Shown piece by piece: positions 1 to 12,850 of a DNA stretch of 64,000 nt. The stretch lies in contig OX597827.1 in the NCBI GenBank assembly GCA_951406725.2, positions 44,268,001 through 44,332,000 on the forward strand, read 5' to 3'. The translations under genes were made by a program, and so were the position numbers. The stretch is from Octopus vulgaris. Lineage: Eukaryota. A model generated the notes under the pieces. The model was not told the origin of the DNA and did no database searches. It worked only from the letters and a program-made list of their open reading frames with translations. Position 1 is the first letter of the stretch; each line of letters begins with the position of its first letter.

Positions 1-244
1 GTATGGGTGTAAGTATGTATGAATGTGTGTATGTATGTATTGGTGTATGTACATATGTATGTATCTGTGTATGTATGTATTATGTATGTATGTATGTATG
101 TATGTGTGTATGTATGTATGTATGTATGTATGTATGTATGTATGTATGTATGGGTGTATGCATGTATGTAGGTATGTGTGTATGTATGTATGTATGTATG
201 TATGGGTGTATGCATGTATGTACGTATGTGTGTATGTATGTATG

Positions 245-278
<34 letters not shown>

Positions 279-470
279 TGCATGTATGTATGTATGTATG
301 GGTGTACGTATGTATGAATGTATGAATGTATGTATGTATGTATGTATGTATGGGTGTATGCATGTATGTACGTATGTGTGTATGTATGTATGTATGTATG
401 TATGTATATATGTATATACATACATCCATGGGTGTTTGTATATATGGGTGTATGTATATATATGTATATG
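1..470. repeat. Degenerate (TATG)n microsatellite with higher-order repeats
   Basis: Directly visible; it produces the spurious MYVC/HTYI ORFs. Confidence 0.95.
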
Positions 471-831
471 TAGCTACAGGATTTGTTGAGTATATAAACA
501 GATTGGTTACATGTCATTCTGGAATTGGTCAAATAGATGTAGACGTCTCTAATGATAATCCAATAAGATTCCCAAAAATCGATTAAGTTTGTTCATCATT
601 TTCTCAATCTACGGAGAAACAGGTAAATTAGCCCCTGTTTATGAAGGTACTTTATAGCTTACATATTCATGATAACGTGTGGATTGAGATCTTCGTTGAT
701 AGGCCCCTGGTACTGAAAATAAAGTGTTAAACACGATATGCAAATTAGGAGCTCCAGTTTTCTATAACTGCTTTAATTGGTGAGAATATAACCATATTGG
801 CCGTTTTTCTCTCTGGGATTGATCGAATTGA

Positions 832-890
832 AACTGACTCCTCTGATGAGAATCTAATATGATTCGAAAACCCATTAAAGTTGTTCATCA
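832..890 (+). ncRNA. Hammerhead ribozyme-like motif (decayed stem I) in a ~294-bp direct-repeat element (541-940)
   Basis: CTGATGA(843-849)-GAATC-taatat-GATTC-GAAA...TTA; a diverged second copy lies at ~547-600. Confidence 0.55.
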
Positions 891-1211
891 TTTTCACAAA
901 CTACTAAATTAGTCCTGTCAATAAAGATACTATACAGGTTACACACGCGCGTGTACGCACATACATACATACATACATACGTACATACTAAAACTTTCCA
1001 GAAGTTTATCATTTAAGTATATATGAGCATGCAAGTATATGCATGGGATAACATGCATGAAACAAAACTTTAAAATCTCAGCGTATACATACATACAAAT
1101 ATACTTGAGTCTAGGTTAGAAACCGGTCCTTTTTCTATTGGCAAGAAATCTTGAAATAAAACTGAATAATGACATCCATACAAACAAATACCCAGTCGTT
1201 CATATATCAAT

Positions 1212-1400
1212 ATCTATAAATCTGAAATGCGAAAAGTTTGTTTGTTTGTCTGGTTTTGGCATTGAAACGGGTTAAAGGGCGGTAGATCCCGTCGGATTGA
1301 CTCCAAAATTTACAGGGACACGTAAAATGAGGTGAGAATGTGAGTGGGCTAGGTTAGAAATCCCTATCTTAAAAGGTGTGGTCACTAGGGCAAAAAACGC
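1212..1400 (+). mobile_element. Possible non-autonomous Helitron-like 5' end
   Basis: A|TC-TATAAAT start followed by (GTTT)n, similar in style to the start of the 58244 element; no 3' CTAG end found. Confidence 0.3.
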
Positions 1401-1546
1401 ACACTTTGACACGTCTTCTCTCATTCTCTTACCTGCCTATCTTCCTCCGTCTCTCTCTCTCTTTCCTCCCTTCCTTTCACTTTCTCTCTATAGCGTCGTT
1501 TGACAGCGTCTACTATCTTTCCCCTGCCGCCTTCACTCTTTCTTCC

Positions 1547-1577
<31 letters not shown>

Positions 1578-1624
1578 ACGTCTGTCTGCATTCATAGAGA
1601 GAAATAATTTACTGAAAAAGCGAT

Positions 1625-1920
1625 AGGCCGAACTACTGGGAATTGAACACCATATCAACCCTTACATGGCTCCGTACACACCCAATTCAGCCACTTAGCT
1701 TATTCGTCAATTTCACCCAATTTTGATATATAGATAGTTTTAGTCTACTATACAGCCTTCCGGTTTGTTTACAAATTTATAGATATGTATACTAGACTAA
1801 AATTATTTATACATTAAAATTGGTTGAATTTGACGGGTGGGCCATGTGGCTGAATTAGGTGTATACGGAACCATGTAAGCATTAATGTCGTGTTCATTCC
1901 AAGGGATTTGACCCATCTTT
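1625..1920. mobile_element. Foldback/MITE-like element with ~125-bp diverged inverted arms
   Basis: cttacatggctccgtacacacccaattcagccac is the near reverse complement of gtggctgaattaggtgtatacggaaccatgtaag. Confidence 0.7.
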
Positions 1921-2089
1921 TTTTTCAATCAGTTGTTTAGGTTTAGTCGATTTAAATGGATTATATATAATTATATAAATAATAAATAATTATAGTTATT
2001 ATTTAAAAGGACCTATGTGTGGCGCTCTTCTCCATAATTTACAGCTTTCAGGTTTGTTTACAAATTTATAAATACACACACACACACAT

Positions 2090-2137
<48 letters not shown>

Positions 2138-2204
2138 AAAATAAATAAAACATATGCATATATATAAACATATATGTACGTACCTACCTCTACATGTACA
2201 TATA

Positions 2205-2555
2205 CACGCATATATGAGTACAGGACACCAAAAGGACGTCGAACACAATGAGAAACGAAAACATAGACACAAACCAAAGGAACTGGACATTTTTTTAAAA
2301 ACAGCAAAAAAGTAGAGTACAGGACAATTAACACAAAGAACAAACCCCTTCTTCAGTCGCTAAAGGTTTCATCTACTCTACGTTTCGAAGGATAAAAGCG
2401 AGAGGTATCTTCGACAAGAAAACTTTCCTTCCTGCGAAAAGCAAATCAATTAAAATTCTGAGATCTTTTCGCAGAGGGGTAAAAAATGGTAACGACAGTA
2501 CAAATTGTAAACAATAAGAGAGACAGCAGCGGAAGTGACGTCGCGGCTGAACGAC
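2205..2555 (-). mobile_element. Short non-coding repeat, probable PLE pLTR fragment with HHR-like motifs
   Basis: Minus strand reads ttcGAAACgtagaGTA...gcgaCTGAAGAagggg; similar to 19915-20033, 31375-31610 and 50177-50372. Confidence 0.5.
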
Positions 2556-2566
2556 ATATATATATA

Positions 2567-2760
2567 GTTAATCCAAACATGAAAACACAACAACGCGAGG
2601 ACGTGGAACAAGTATAGTGTTATTGGACGCTCATGAAAAGAAAGAAAGAAGGAGGATTTAACGTTTCGAGCGGAGCTCTTCGTCAGAAACATAGGAAAAG
2701 GAAAGATCCAAGGAAAGGAAGACGGAGGGAAAAAATCGCCAACGATACACACGCGGTCAC
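2567..2760 (-). mobile_element. ~200-bp TA-flanked element with minimal hammerhead (2656-2690)
   Basis: Minus strand gtttCTGACGAa-GAGC-tcc-GCTC-GAAACGTT-aaat; close copy at 36909-37115. Confidence 0.75.
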
Positions 2761-2906
2761 ATTTTGAATGACAAATATATTACTCTTGATGTACTTTGTG
2801 TTGCTGTTGATGCTGCTGCTGCTGGTTTTGTTGTTACTCTTGTTTTTGTTATTATTAGTGATAGGAGCTAGAAATCGGGGTTCTCTTTACCTCCGTTCTC
2901 TTCATC

Positions 2907-3040
2907 TTCTTTCAGTTTCCGCCTACCTACTCCATTCACAAGGCTTTGGTTGGCCCGAGGCTATAGTAGAGAACACTCGCCCAAAGTGCCAAGCAGTGGG
3001 AATGAACCCGGAACCATGTGGTTGGTAAGCAAGCTACTTA
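2907..3040 (-). mobile_element. SINE family A, partial
   Basis: Reverse complement matches the 5' half of 25092-25510. Confidence 0.85.
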
Positions 3041-3049
3041 TATATATTA

Positions 3050-3250
3050 TACGAAGGGGATGCCGAAAAGTTCCTGTCTTTGGATAAAATAAAATACAGG
3101 ATGATCAATTCGTTATGATTTTATTCGACATATTCCCCTCTCAGAATCACACTTTGGCAGCAGTTCTTCGTTTTTACTCGAAGCCCTGAGAAAGAACTCG
3201 GGAGGTAGGGCCTCTAACCAGACCTTTCTCGATACCTTTAAAGCGAAGAT
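3050..3250 (-). mobile_element. Mariner-derived MITE/relic
   Basis: TA|CGAAGGGG..GAAAAGTTCC terminus; reverse complement resembles a mariner C-terminus (GEYVE*); second copy at 36082-36280. Confidence 0.65.
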
Positions 3251-4616
3251 CTTTTCGGCATATTGAATTCTAATACTGGATTATTAATATCGTTATGCCT
3301 AAGCGGAATATTAATATTCGTGTGTGCGTGTGGTGGGGTGTATGTATGTGTGACTGTATGTGCGGATGTGTGCGCAATGATGTATATGATTATTCGAGCT
3401 CGTCTGTGTGTGGACGCATGCGCAAGCACGCATCTGTATGTATGTGCATGTGTGAACGTGTGTATGTGTGTGTTTGTTTGCGTGCGTATATGCATATACG
3501 CACGCTTATATATTCTGTGTATGCGTGCATGTGTGCATATGCGTATGCGAGTTCGTCCGAATGTATGTGTTTGTGCATGCACGTGTCTATGTGTGTGTGT
3601 GTGTGAATGTTTGTGCACGCACGTGTGTGTGTGTGTATGTATATGCGTTTGTATGAGCATGTATGTATGCGTACGTGTTTGCGTTTGTGTACCAGTGTGC
3701 GTATTTGTATGCGTCTGTGTGGTTGTTTGTGTACGTGTGTGTGTGTGCGTGTGTCTGTTCGCGCATGCGTAATTCTGTATACTTAGCTATTCTCAGCTTT
3801 TATTCTGCGAGATTTATTAATCTCGTTACTTCCTTCTCCCACGTTTCATTATGAAAACCTCACAGCTACTAATTGTAGTGTTTATCCCTCTATATTCAAC
3901 AAACCTATGTATTTTGGACTATAAGGAATCTGTTTGATCTTGGCTCGTTGTTTCCATAGAGCCACAAGTCAATTAATTGTAAATCCATGATAAATGTCGT
4001 ATTCGCTAACGCACATTAATGTGGCCAACGTGAGACCTTTAATTAATTGAGATCTCGTATCGAGATTTGTATCTAGATTGAGGTAAACATTGCTGCCCAA
4101 TGCTTAAATCAACCGCATGAAGGCAGGAGTGACAACTCGAAATAATATCGTACGATTTATTTATGAAATAGATTCAGGCACCAGAAAGCGTTCATTGATT
4201 TCAATTTATAAAAGTGTGATTAAAAGCTGGAGAAAGGGAATTTGGTAAGCGGGGAAACAATCACCTGATGTTCTACAGACGTGTAGAAAATTGTGGGTAC
4301 GTTTCGGCCTTATTAGACCTCCTCAGCGATGCATCATTATTCATATGTCAGCAGAATTGATAAAAACAGAATTGATAAAGGCGGCGAGCTGGCAGAAATT
4401 AATTATAAACGAGTGTGAATGTGTGTATATTGAATGCTCATATGCGTACACACACTCACACACACACACACACACACACACATACATATATATACGTGTT
4501 AATTCACGTGTGTGTGTATGAGGCTTTTGTGAAAGTACATGTGTATGCCAAGATGTATATTTACATATGTATGTGTGAGTGTTTATATGTATGCGATTTC
4601 TGCACACACATGCACA

Positions 4617-4664
<48 letters not shown>

Positions 4665-4738
4665 TATATATAATGTACTGATCCGTGATAGAAAATTCAA
4701 TAAAAAAAAAGTTTTCCATCTGGTGAGATATAAATATT

Positions 4739-5007
4739 ATTTATTTAAAGGTCACAATACATTAATCAAAACGTTGCTAATAGTTTCAGATATTGAGAGA
4801 ACTCAGACATTCTTCAAGCGCAAACCACATATCATAACGAACTAAAGTAATTGTATAATTGCTTCCTACTCAGTTTTTCCGTGTTTCCTCTATTATTCAA
4901 TTTCTTTAGTTCGTTATGATATGCAGTTTGCGCCTGAAGAATATGTTTGAGTCTTTTCAACATGTGAAACTATAAGTGGCGTTTTAATACATGCATTGTG
5001 ACCTTTA

Positions 5008-5014
<7 letters not shown>
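4739..5014. mobile_element. Foldback element next to (TA)n with decayed hammerheads in both arms
   Basis: Arms ~4739-4858 and ~4891-5014; right arm CTGAAGA(4934)-atatgtttga..tcaacatgt-GAAAC(4966). Confidence 0.7.
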
Positions 5015-5067
<53 letters not shown>

Positions 5068-5072
<5 letters not shown>

Positions 5073-5145
5073 CGTGACCGACCAGGTTATCAGATGTTGC
5101 TACACTTCGCTGGTCACAATGCGCTTCGTATTGTTTTAGCCTTCA
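5068..5145 (-). mobile_element. SINE family B 3' fragment
   Basis: Reverse complement matches 30345-30405 and 52445-52530. Confidence 0.8.
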
Positions 5146-5173
5146 AAAGTTCAAACATAAAATATTTGAGCAT

Positions 5174-5337
5174 AGGTGTAGGAGTGGCTGTGTGGTAAGT
5201 AGCTTGCTTACGAACCACATGGTTCCGGGTTCAGTCCCACTGCGTGGCACTTTGGGCAAGTATCTTCTACTATAGCCTCGGGCCATCCAAAGCCTTGTGA
5301 GTGAATTTGGTAGATAGAAACTGAAAGATGTCTGTCG

Positions 5338-5403
<66 letters not shown>

Positions 5404-5652
5404 TATGTGTGTGTGTGCGTGTGTGTGTGTGTTTGTGTGTATGTATGTTTGTATGTGTTTGTCCCCCAACATCGCTTAACAACCGATGCTGATGTGTTTA
5501 CATCCTCGTAAATTAGCGGTTCGGCAAAAGTGACCGATAGAATAAGTTCTAGGATTACAAAGAATAAGTCCTGAGGTCGAGTTGCTCGACTAAAGGCGGT
5601 GCTCCAGCATGGCCACAGTCACATGCCTGAAACAAGTAAAAGAGAAGGAGAG
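5174..5652 (+). mobile_element. SINE family A (tRNA-derived head, CORE-like domain, internal microsatellite)
   Basis: A-box gtggctgtgtggtaag, B-box ggttcagtccc, ttgggcaagt core-like motif, tail gaaacaagtaaaagag. Confidence 0.9.
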
Positions 5653-7338
5653 TACTAAACGTATTCTATGCGTGGAACATCAGATCTCATCTTTGAAATA
5701 TATATGTGTTTGTATATGTTTTTGTGTGTGTTATTGGTTATGTTTAAAATTAAATTTAGATAGGAGACTTTTTAGAAAGTAGTATCCAAACCTTGTTTTG
5801 GGTATGTCGCTAGTAGTTTCCTTTGAGAGCACGTTTACCAGGTGTCATCCGCGGTACTGCACTTTACCCGCAGGATCTACGTAAAGAATTCCTCACTGCA
5901 CGTTTAGTATCTTTTAAATAATTGATACGGATGATGGAGTGTGCTGTAAGCTTTATTAGCACGACGATCGTTTCGGCTTACATCTCCCTGGTATTAATAC
6001 TTGTATTTATTTATTTATGGGTCTTTTTTATGCATATGCATATACATATATCAAGTTCTATGTTTATATATGTCTATGTGAGTGTCTATACGTGTGGTAG
6101 AGAGACGCGAGTTTGCGTGGGGTTTATAAACAGATATACGTGCGCGCGCAAACCCACACGCATGCGCACAAGCATAATCCCACCTACGCGTACGTGTAAA
6201 TGCAAGCTCACACGCACTCGAATGCGCGTGCGCATGCACACACACATGCAGTCCAATAATACTGTACTATATCGGTAACATTCGAATTTAGCTTCGTAAA
6301 CCAGATGCATTCATACGCGCATAATCTATATCTTCCCAAATTTCAATTATCTGGTCGTATTGGATTTATCTCCCTTGCTTATTTTTAGATCTTAAACAAT
6401 CTAAAGTGGTTTTTCCCCCTAATATTTTTATGTGTGTTTGTATGTAAGTAATGCGTGTGTATTTCGTGAGCGTGCTTATGGTTACCTATCTGTGTAAGTG
6501 ATGTGCGCTTGCTTGTATATTTGAGTGTGTATGTGTCTGTGTGTGTGGATCTGTGCATATATATTACTATATGTGTGTATGTTCGTGGGCATGTGTTTTT
6601 GTTTGTTAACTAGTTATATATTTATGATAGTTCCTGTGGGTGTATGTATATGTGTATTAGTGTGTACGTGTATGCGATGGTGTGTACTTGTCTTCGGGCG
6701 TGCGTGTGCATGCACGCTTGTATTTGGCTCTGTATGCTTGTGCTTGAGTATGTAAGTTTGCGGGCATTCATGTGTAAGAGCAGTTATGTATGTATATACA
6801 ATTGCATGGATAACTGCACGTGTGTCCATATACCAGTGTGTATATGTGCACGTATGCATAAATATGAATGTTAATACGCATATGTGTCTCATTCATTCTC
6901 TCTTCCATTATACATGTGGGTATGAGAATGTGTGTGTACATGCACGAGTGTGTTCATGTGCTAGTGCGTGTGTGCGTGTGTGCGTGTGTGTATATATAGC
7001 TGAAACGGTGTATACACATACACGAACATAAAGTTACGGATGAGCAGACTTGCTACTTTTCCATACTTTATAAATAATATATACACAGATATCAAGATTC
7101 TATGCGTTTATAAATGTATAGATTATTATGCACATGGCGTTTATTCCGGGAATCCATCGAATGTGTGTAAGTGCATATGTTTGGAATTATATATCTATGT
7201 AAATATATATACATATGTATGTATATGCGTACACACACACAGTCACACACATGTAACATATGTATATACACATATAGGCATATACACACACACACATATA
7301 TATATATGTATATATATATGTGTATATATATATATGTA

Positions 7339-7381
<43 letters not shown>

Positions 7382-7467
7382 GTATATATATATATATGAG
7401 TGTGTGCGCGTATGTTTGAAGGTACTTGTCCTTTTGTGTGTATGTATATGTGAATATGTGTAAGTGT

Positions 7468-7508
<41 letters not shown>

Positions 7509-7757
7509 TGCGTGCTCGTGCGGGTGTGTGCAGGTGGTGGGTGTATATTTATGTGCTTCTGATTATATCATTAAACACACTTCATAAAACAGGCGCGTAC
7601 ATGTTTAACAATATCTGAGCATATGTACAAGCGTGTGTACAAAGTTATGGAGTAAACTTATATGACTGTGTGCATACGAGCGATTATGGATACGAACTGA
7701 TAAGCAAATACACACACACACACACACATACATACATATATATATTTGTATGTATAA

Positions 7758-7882
<125 letters not shown>

Positions 7883-7884
7883 TG

Positions 7885-7920
<36 letters not shown>

Positions 7921-7923
7921 AAA

Positions 7924-8052
7924 TTAAAACACCTTATTCAGGTTTTCTCGATGTTGCGTAACACAACACCAGTTTCAACATAACACATGTTTTACCCCGT
8001 GGTGCTAGCGTTCCAATGATTGTGAACGTATACAGATAAGCACAGAAACACA
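7924..8052. repeat. Unclassified ~130-bp dispersed repeat, copy 1 (copy 2 at 29948-30075)
   Basis: Shared core caacataacacatgttttaccccgtg with collinear flanks. Confidence 0.85.
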
Positions 8053-8058
8053 CGCATG

Positions 8059-8097
<39 letters not shown>

Positions 8098-8173
8098 TCG
8101 AATACATATACACGCAAGTACATGCTCACACGCTGGTACACAAACTCCGCCATGTGTGTGTGTATGTGTGTAC

Positions 8174-8218
<45 letters not shown>

Positions 8219-8353
8219 CACACGCATATATACATACACATGTGTCCATATATGTATGTGTGCGTGTGGGAAATGCACACACACACATGTATATGTATAA
8301 TCACGCACACACATTCATTGAACAACAAAAGCAAAAACAAAAAAAAACAAAAA

Positions 8354-8389
<36 letters not shown>

Positions 8390-8433
8390 ATGTATGCATA
8401 TATACATCCATCCATCCATGTATGTGTGTGTGT

Positions 8434-8506
<73 letters not shown>

Positions 8507-8802
8507 TATACATTTGTGCATATACATATATACTTATACATATATGTATATATGTATTTCAACATGTACATATATAAATGTGTGTATGTGTGTGCGTGTG
8601 TACGCGCGCGAGTGTTATCGTGTACGTGTGTGTGTAGTGAAAGACGTAAAACCGAAAACAAATGAAAGCCCAAAATGGCCGACCAATACTTGATGTAAAA
8701 AAAAATACAAAATACAAGATACGCAAGATAATAATACATAAGAACAAAATATAAAGCGGAGAAAAATACAAATAAAAACAAGAAAAAGCCACAAAAATCA
8801 TT

Positions 8803-8847
<45 letters not shown>

Positions 8848-9249
8848 ACAAAAAAATGCAATAACAACGATAATCCCATTATGATAGGGTTTCCATCTCT
8901 CGTCGCTTACTCTCTTATAAATATCACACCAACATTTTCTGGCTTTTGTGCTTCTCCTGTTGCTTGTCTTCTATAAATCATCTTTTCTATTCTGTTCTAG
9001 CGTTTCCTTTTTCTATATCTTCCTTTCATTCAGTCTTCTCTTTTCGCTCTTCTTTCTTTTCCTTTTTCTTTTTCTTTTTTTTTTCTTTGCGGTGATGGTG
9101 TTTTTTTTTTTGTTTTTTGTTTTTTTTTTATTCTGCTTGTATTTTTATTTTTATTTCTTTTCTATTTTTTTTATTTATTTATTGTATTTTAGTAGGTATA
9201 TGTTATATTTCGGGGATTTCTTTTTGCATGTATACATGTGTGTGTGTGT

Positions 9250-9349
9250 GTGTGTACGTATGTACATGTGTTAATGTGCGTGTATGATATATATACACAT
9301 GTATATATATATATATATATATATATAATTATATACATATATATGTATT

Positions 9350-9392
<43 letters not shown>

Positions 9393-9671
9393 TTATACAT
9401 ATAAATATATACGTATGTGTATGTATGTATATTATATATATATATATATATATATACATGAAGATATATATATACGTGTGTGTGTGTGTGCCCGTGTGTG
9501 TACGTATGTACATGTGTTAATGTGTGTGTATGATATATATACACATGTATATATATATATACTTATATACATATATATGTATATATATATACGTATATAT
9601 ATGTATATATATATATATATATACATATATATATACTTATACATATAAATATATACGTATGTGTATGTATG

Positions 9672-9716
<45 letters not shown>

Positions 9717-9740
9717 AAGATATATATATACGTGTGTTTG
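9250..9740. repeat. Tandem duplication (~245-bp unit) of compound microsatellite
   Basis: gtacgtatgtacatgtgttaatgtg...gaagatatatatatacgtg occurs twice. Confidence 0.8.
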
Positions 9741-9947
9741 TATGTGTGTGGACATATGCACACATACACACACTCACAAGCACACACTCACAAGCACACA
9801 CTCACAAGCACACACTTACAAACACACACACACACACACAAATATATATATCCTTTTGTTAGTTTCTCTGAATTCTTGGTGTGGCCATGCTGGGCAGCCT
9901 CCCTTGATGCGTGTTTATCTATCTATCTATCTTTCTATCTCTATATA

Positions 9948-10353
9948 TTCTTTTATTCTTTTACTCGTTTCAGTTATTTGACTGCGGCAATGCTGGAGCA
10001 CCGCCATTTAGTTGAACAAATCGACCCCAGGACTTATTCTTTGTAAGCCTAGTACTTATTCTATCGATCACTTATGCCGAACTGTTAAGTTACGGGGACG
10101 TAAACACACCAGCATCGGTTGTCAAGCGATGTTGTGTGGGGACAAACACAGACACACAAACATTCACACACACACACACATATATATATACGACGGGCTT
10201 CTTTCAGTTTCCGTCTACCAAATCCACTCACAAGGCTTTGGTCGACCAGAGGCTATAATAGAAGACACTTGACCAAGGTGCCACGCAGTGGGACTGAACC
10301 CGGAACCATGTGGTTGGGAAGCAAGCTACTTACCACACATCCACTCCTGTGCC
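9948..10353 (-). mobile_element. SINE family A
   Basis: Full-length reverse-complement copy. Confidence 0.9.
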
Positions 10354-10459
10354 TATATACATGTTTATATGAATGTGTGTGTGTGTGTGTGTACGCATGT
10401 ATGTATGCGTATACACACATACGCATTGACACACACACACACACACACACACACACATT

Positions 10460-10875
10460 TTGGGATTCAGTTCTTCAGCCTGGCACTTTGGTCAGGTGTC
10501 TCCTTCTATAGGAATCGAACAAATCCTGGTGAATTGACTTGGTTGACGGAAACTGAAAGAAGCCCATCATATATTTATGTTTGTAAGCATGCATGCATGC
10601 ATGTGGGTATGCTTGTGTGTATGGGTTCGTGTTTATACCTTCTCTTCTTGATATCACTTGATGGCTGTAAATGAGTGTCGCAAATAGTGCAGGAGGTAGT
10701 ATTATATTTCCAATCTTCTATAGAAACATGTCCTGCCATGCGCAATATTATCGTGCTCGGAAACGAGTATGGGTTGGCGACAGAAAGAGCATCCGACCAT
10801 AGAAAATCTGCCTTAACGAATTCCGTCTAACTCGTTCAAGTTTGGTAAAGTAGGCATTGGAACGACGACGACGAC
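10460..10875 (+). mobile_element. SINE family A-related copy with a different 3' tail
   Basis: Same core (gacggaaactgaaagaagccc) followed by ggttggcgacagaaagagcatccg tail ending in (ACG)n. Confidence 0.6.
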
Positions 10876-10889
10876 GACGACGACATGAA

Positions 10890-10938
<49 letters not shown>

Positions 10939-11158
10939 GTGATGGTGGTGGTGATGATGGTGGTGGTGGTGGTGATGATGGTAGTGGTGGTGGTGGTGAT
11001 GATGATGATGATGACGATGACGACAATGATGATGATGATGACGACGACAATGATGATGATGATAATGACGACTACGACGAAGACAACGATGATGATGATG
11101 ATGATGATGACGACGACGATAACGACGACGACAACGATGATGGTGATGATAATGACGA
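10862..11158. repeat. Compound trinucleotide microsatellite (GAT/GGT/GAC)n
   Basis: Directly visible. Confidence 0.95.
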
Positions 11159-11278
11159 CATGGTTCCGGGGTCCAGTATCACTGCGTGGCATCTTGGTCA
11201 GGATACTTCCTACTATAGCCACGAGCTGACCAAAGCCTTATGGGTGAGTTTGGTAGATGGAAACTGAAAGAAGCCTGT

Positions 11279-11332
<54 letters not shown>

Positions 11333-11490
11333 GTTCTGTTTACCCTCATTCACTGCCTGATTACCGGTGTTGATGTGTCTATGGCCATTTAACTTTCGGC
11401 AAAAGAAACGTTGTGGGGTCGGTTCATTCGAGTAAAATTCTTTAGGATGGTGCCCTGCATAGCTGCAGTTCAAATGAGTGAGATAATCAA
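11157..11490 (+). mobile_element. SINE family A, diverged
   Basis: catggttccggg...ggaaactgaaagaagcctg...ttcggcaaaaga. Confidence 0.8.
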
Positions 11491-11492
11491 AG

Positions 11493-11670
<178 letters not shown>

Positions 11671-12089
11671 CATGTATGTGTGTACATATGTGTATGCGTG
11701 TGCGTGCATACGTGCGTGCGTGCATGCATGCGTGCGTGCATGCATGCGTGCGTGCATGCGTGCGTGCGTGCGTGTTTGTGTGTATACATACATATATATA
11801 TTCATGTATATACACACATGCGTGCATGCACACACACACACGCACGCACGCACACACACACATACATGAACACATACATACACATGCATGTTCATTTCGA
11901 CGTAGAAAATAGATGTACCGGAATTTATTTTGTTAGAAATCTGTACTCTTCTTTTCTCTTTATGTACGATCGATCGAACAATAGAAAAATATGGCGCCTG
12001 ACCGATCATACATTACGAAGATTTCGGAATCCTGCGTTCTGAATCCTGACTATGTAAATTATCAGCGTGAAACGATTTTCATATCTATC

Positions 12090-12166
<77 letters not shown>

Positions 12167-12188
12167 CATACATACATATACATATATA

Positions 12189-12850
12189 TATATTACGTTA
12201 TATAATTAGGGCTCAGTAAAATAATTTACTTTACCACACACTGAAACTTTTAGAAATAGCAGCCAAAAAGTTTTTAGCCATTTCTTCTACTATAAGAAAA
12301 ATCTCCCAGATAGTCTTTACTCAAAAATAATTCACGTAGATATGGAGGGAAAAACAACGAAATATCACATGTACAAAGATCATTTGAGAACGTTACGTTT
12401 CTGGATTAGTTGAATTTAAACTCAACATTTCCTTCGTCAGCTCAACATTTCTTAATTTGGATTTGAAATATGAGTAATCTCAGACAAACCATCTCCAAAC
12501 TGCCAGTGTCAACAAATTCAAAAAGTACGAGTGAGGATTTGTATTTCTTCCGCTTCCATCCACGTGAGTTATAGAGTAAACAAACTTTTTCTAAAAGTTT
12601 CAGTATGTGGTAAAGTAAATTATTTTACTGAGTCCTAATTATATAACGTAATATTTTGAATATACCTTGAATGGTCCTTTTACATACTGAACACTACTTG
12701 GTGAAATTAATTAATAATTAATTGATTTTACCCTTTTATTATTTTATTCCTCTCTCCCTGTTTTTTACTACGGTTCTCACCGTAAAAATTTGTTTACTCT
12801 ATAACTCACGTGGATGGAAGCGGGGGAAATACAAATCCTCACTCGTACTT
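12189..12850 (-). mobile_element. PLE pLTR-like element with two interleaved inverted repeats
   Basis: 12189-12256 inverted at 12589-12654; 12523-12590 inverted at 12786-12850; starts beside a TA-rich tract; relative at 33003-33220. Confidence 0.75.
12384..12445 (-). ncRNA. Type I hammerhead ribozyme
   Basis: TTGAG-CTGACGA-a-GGAaatGTTGA..TTCAACtaaTCC-a-GAAAC-gtaac-GTT-CTCAA; stem I is perfect. Confidence 0.7.

Noticed and set aside
1095-1130. GAAACCGGTC hammerhead 3' half
   Set aside because: No upstream CTGAnGA; at most a truncated pLTR fragment
10748-11267. Poly-D/M/S/I ORFs
   Set aside because: Compound trinucleotide repeat between two SINEs; open in several frames by construction
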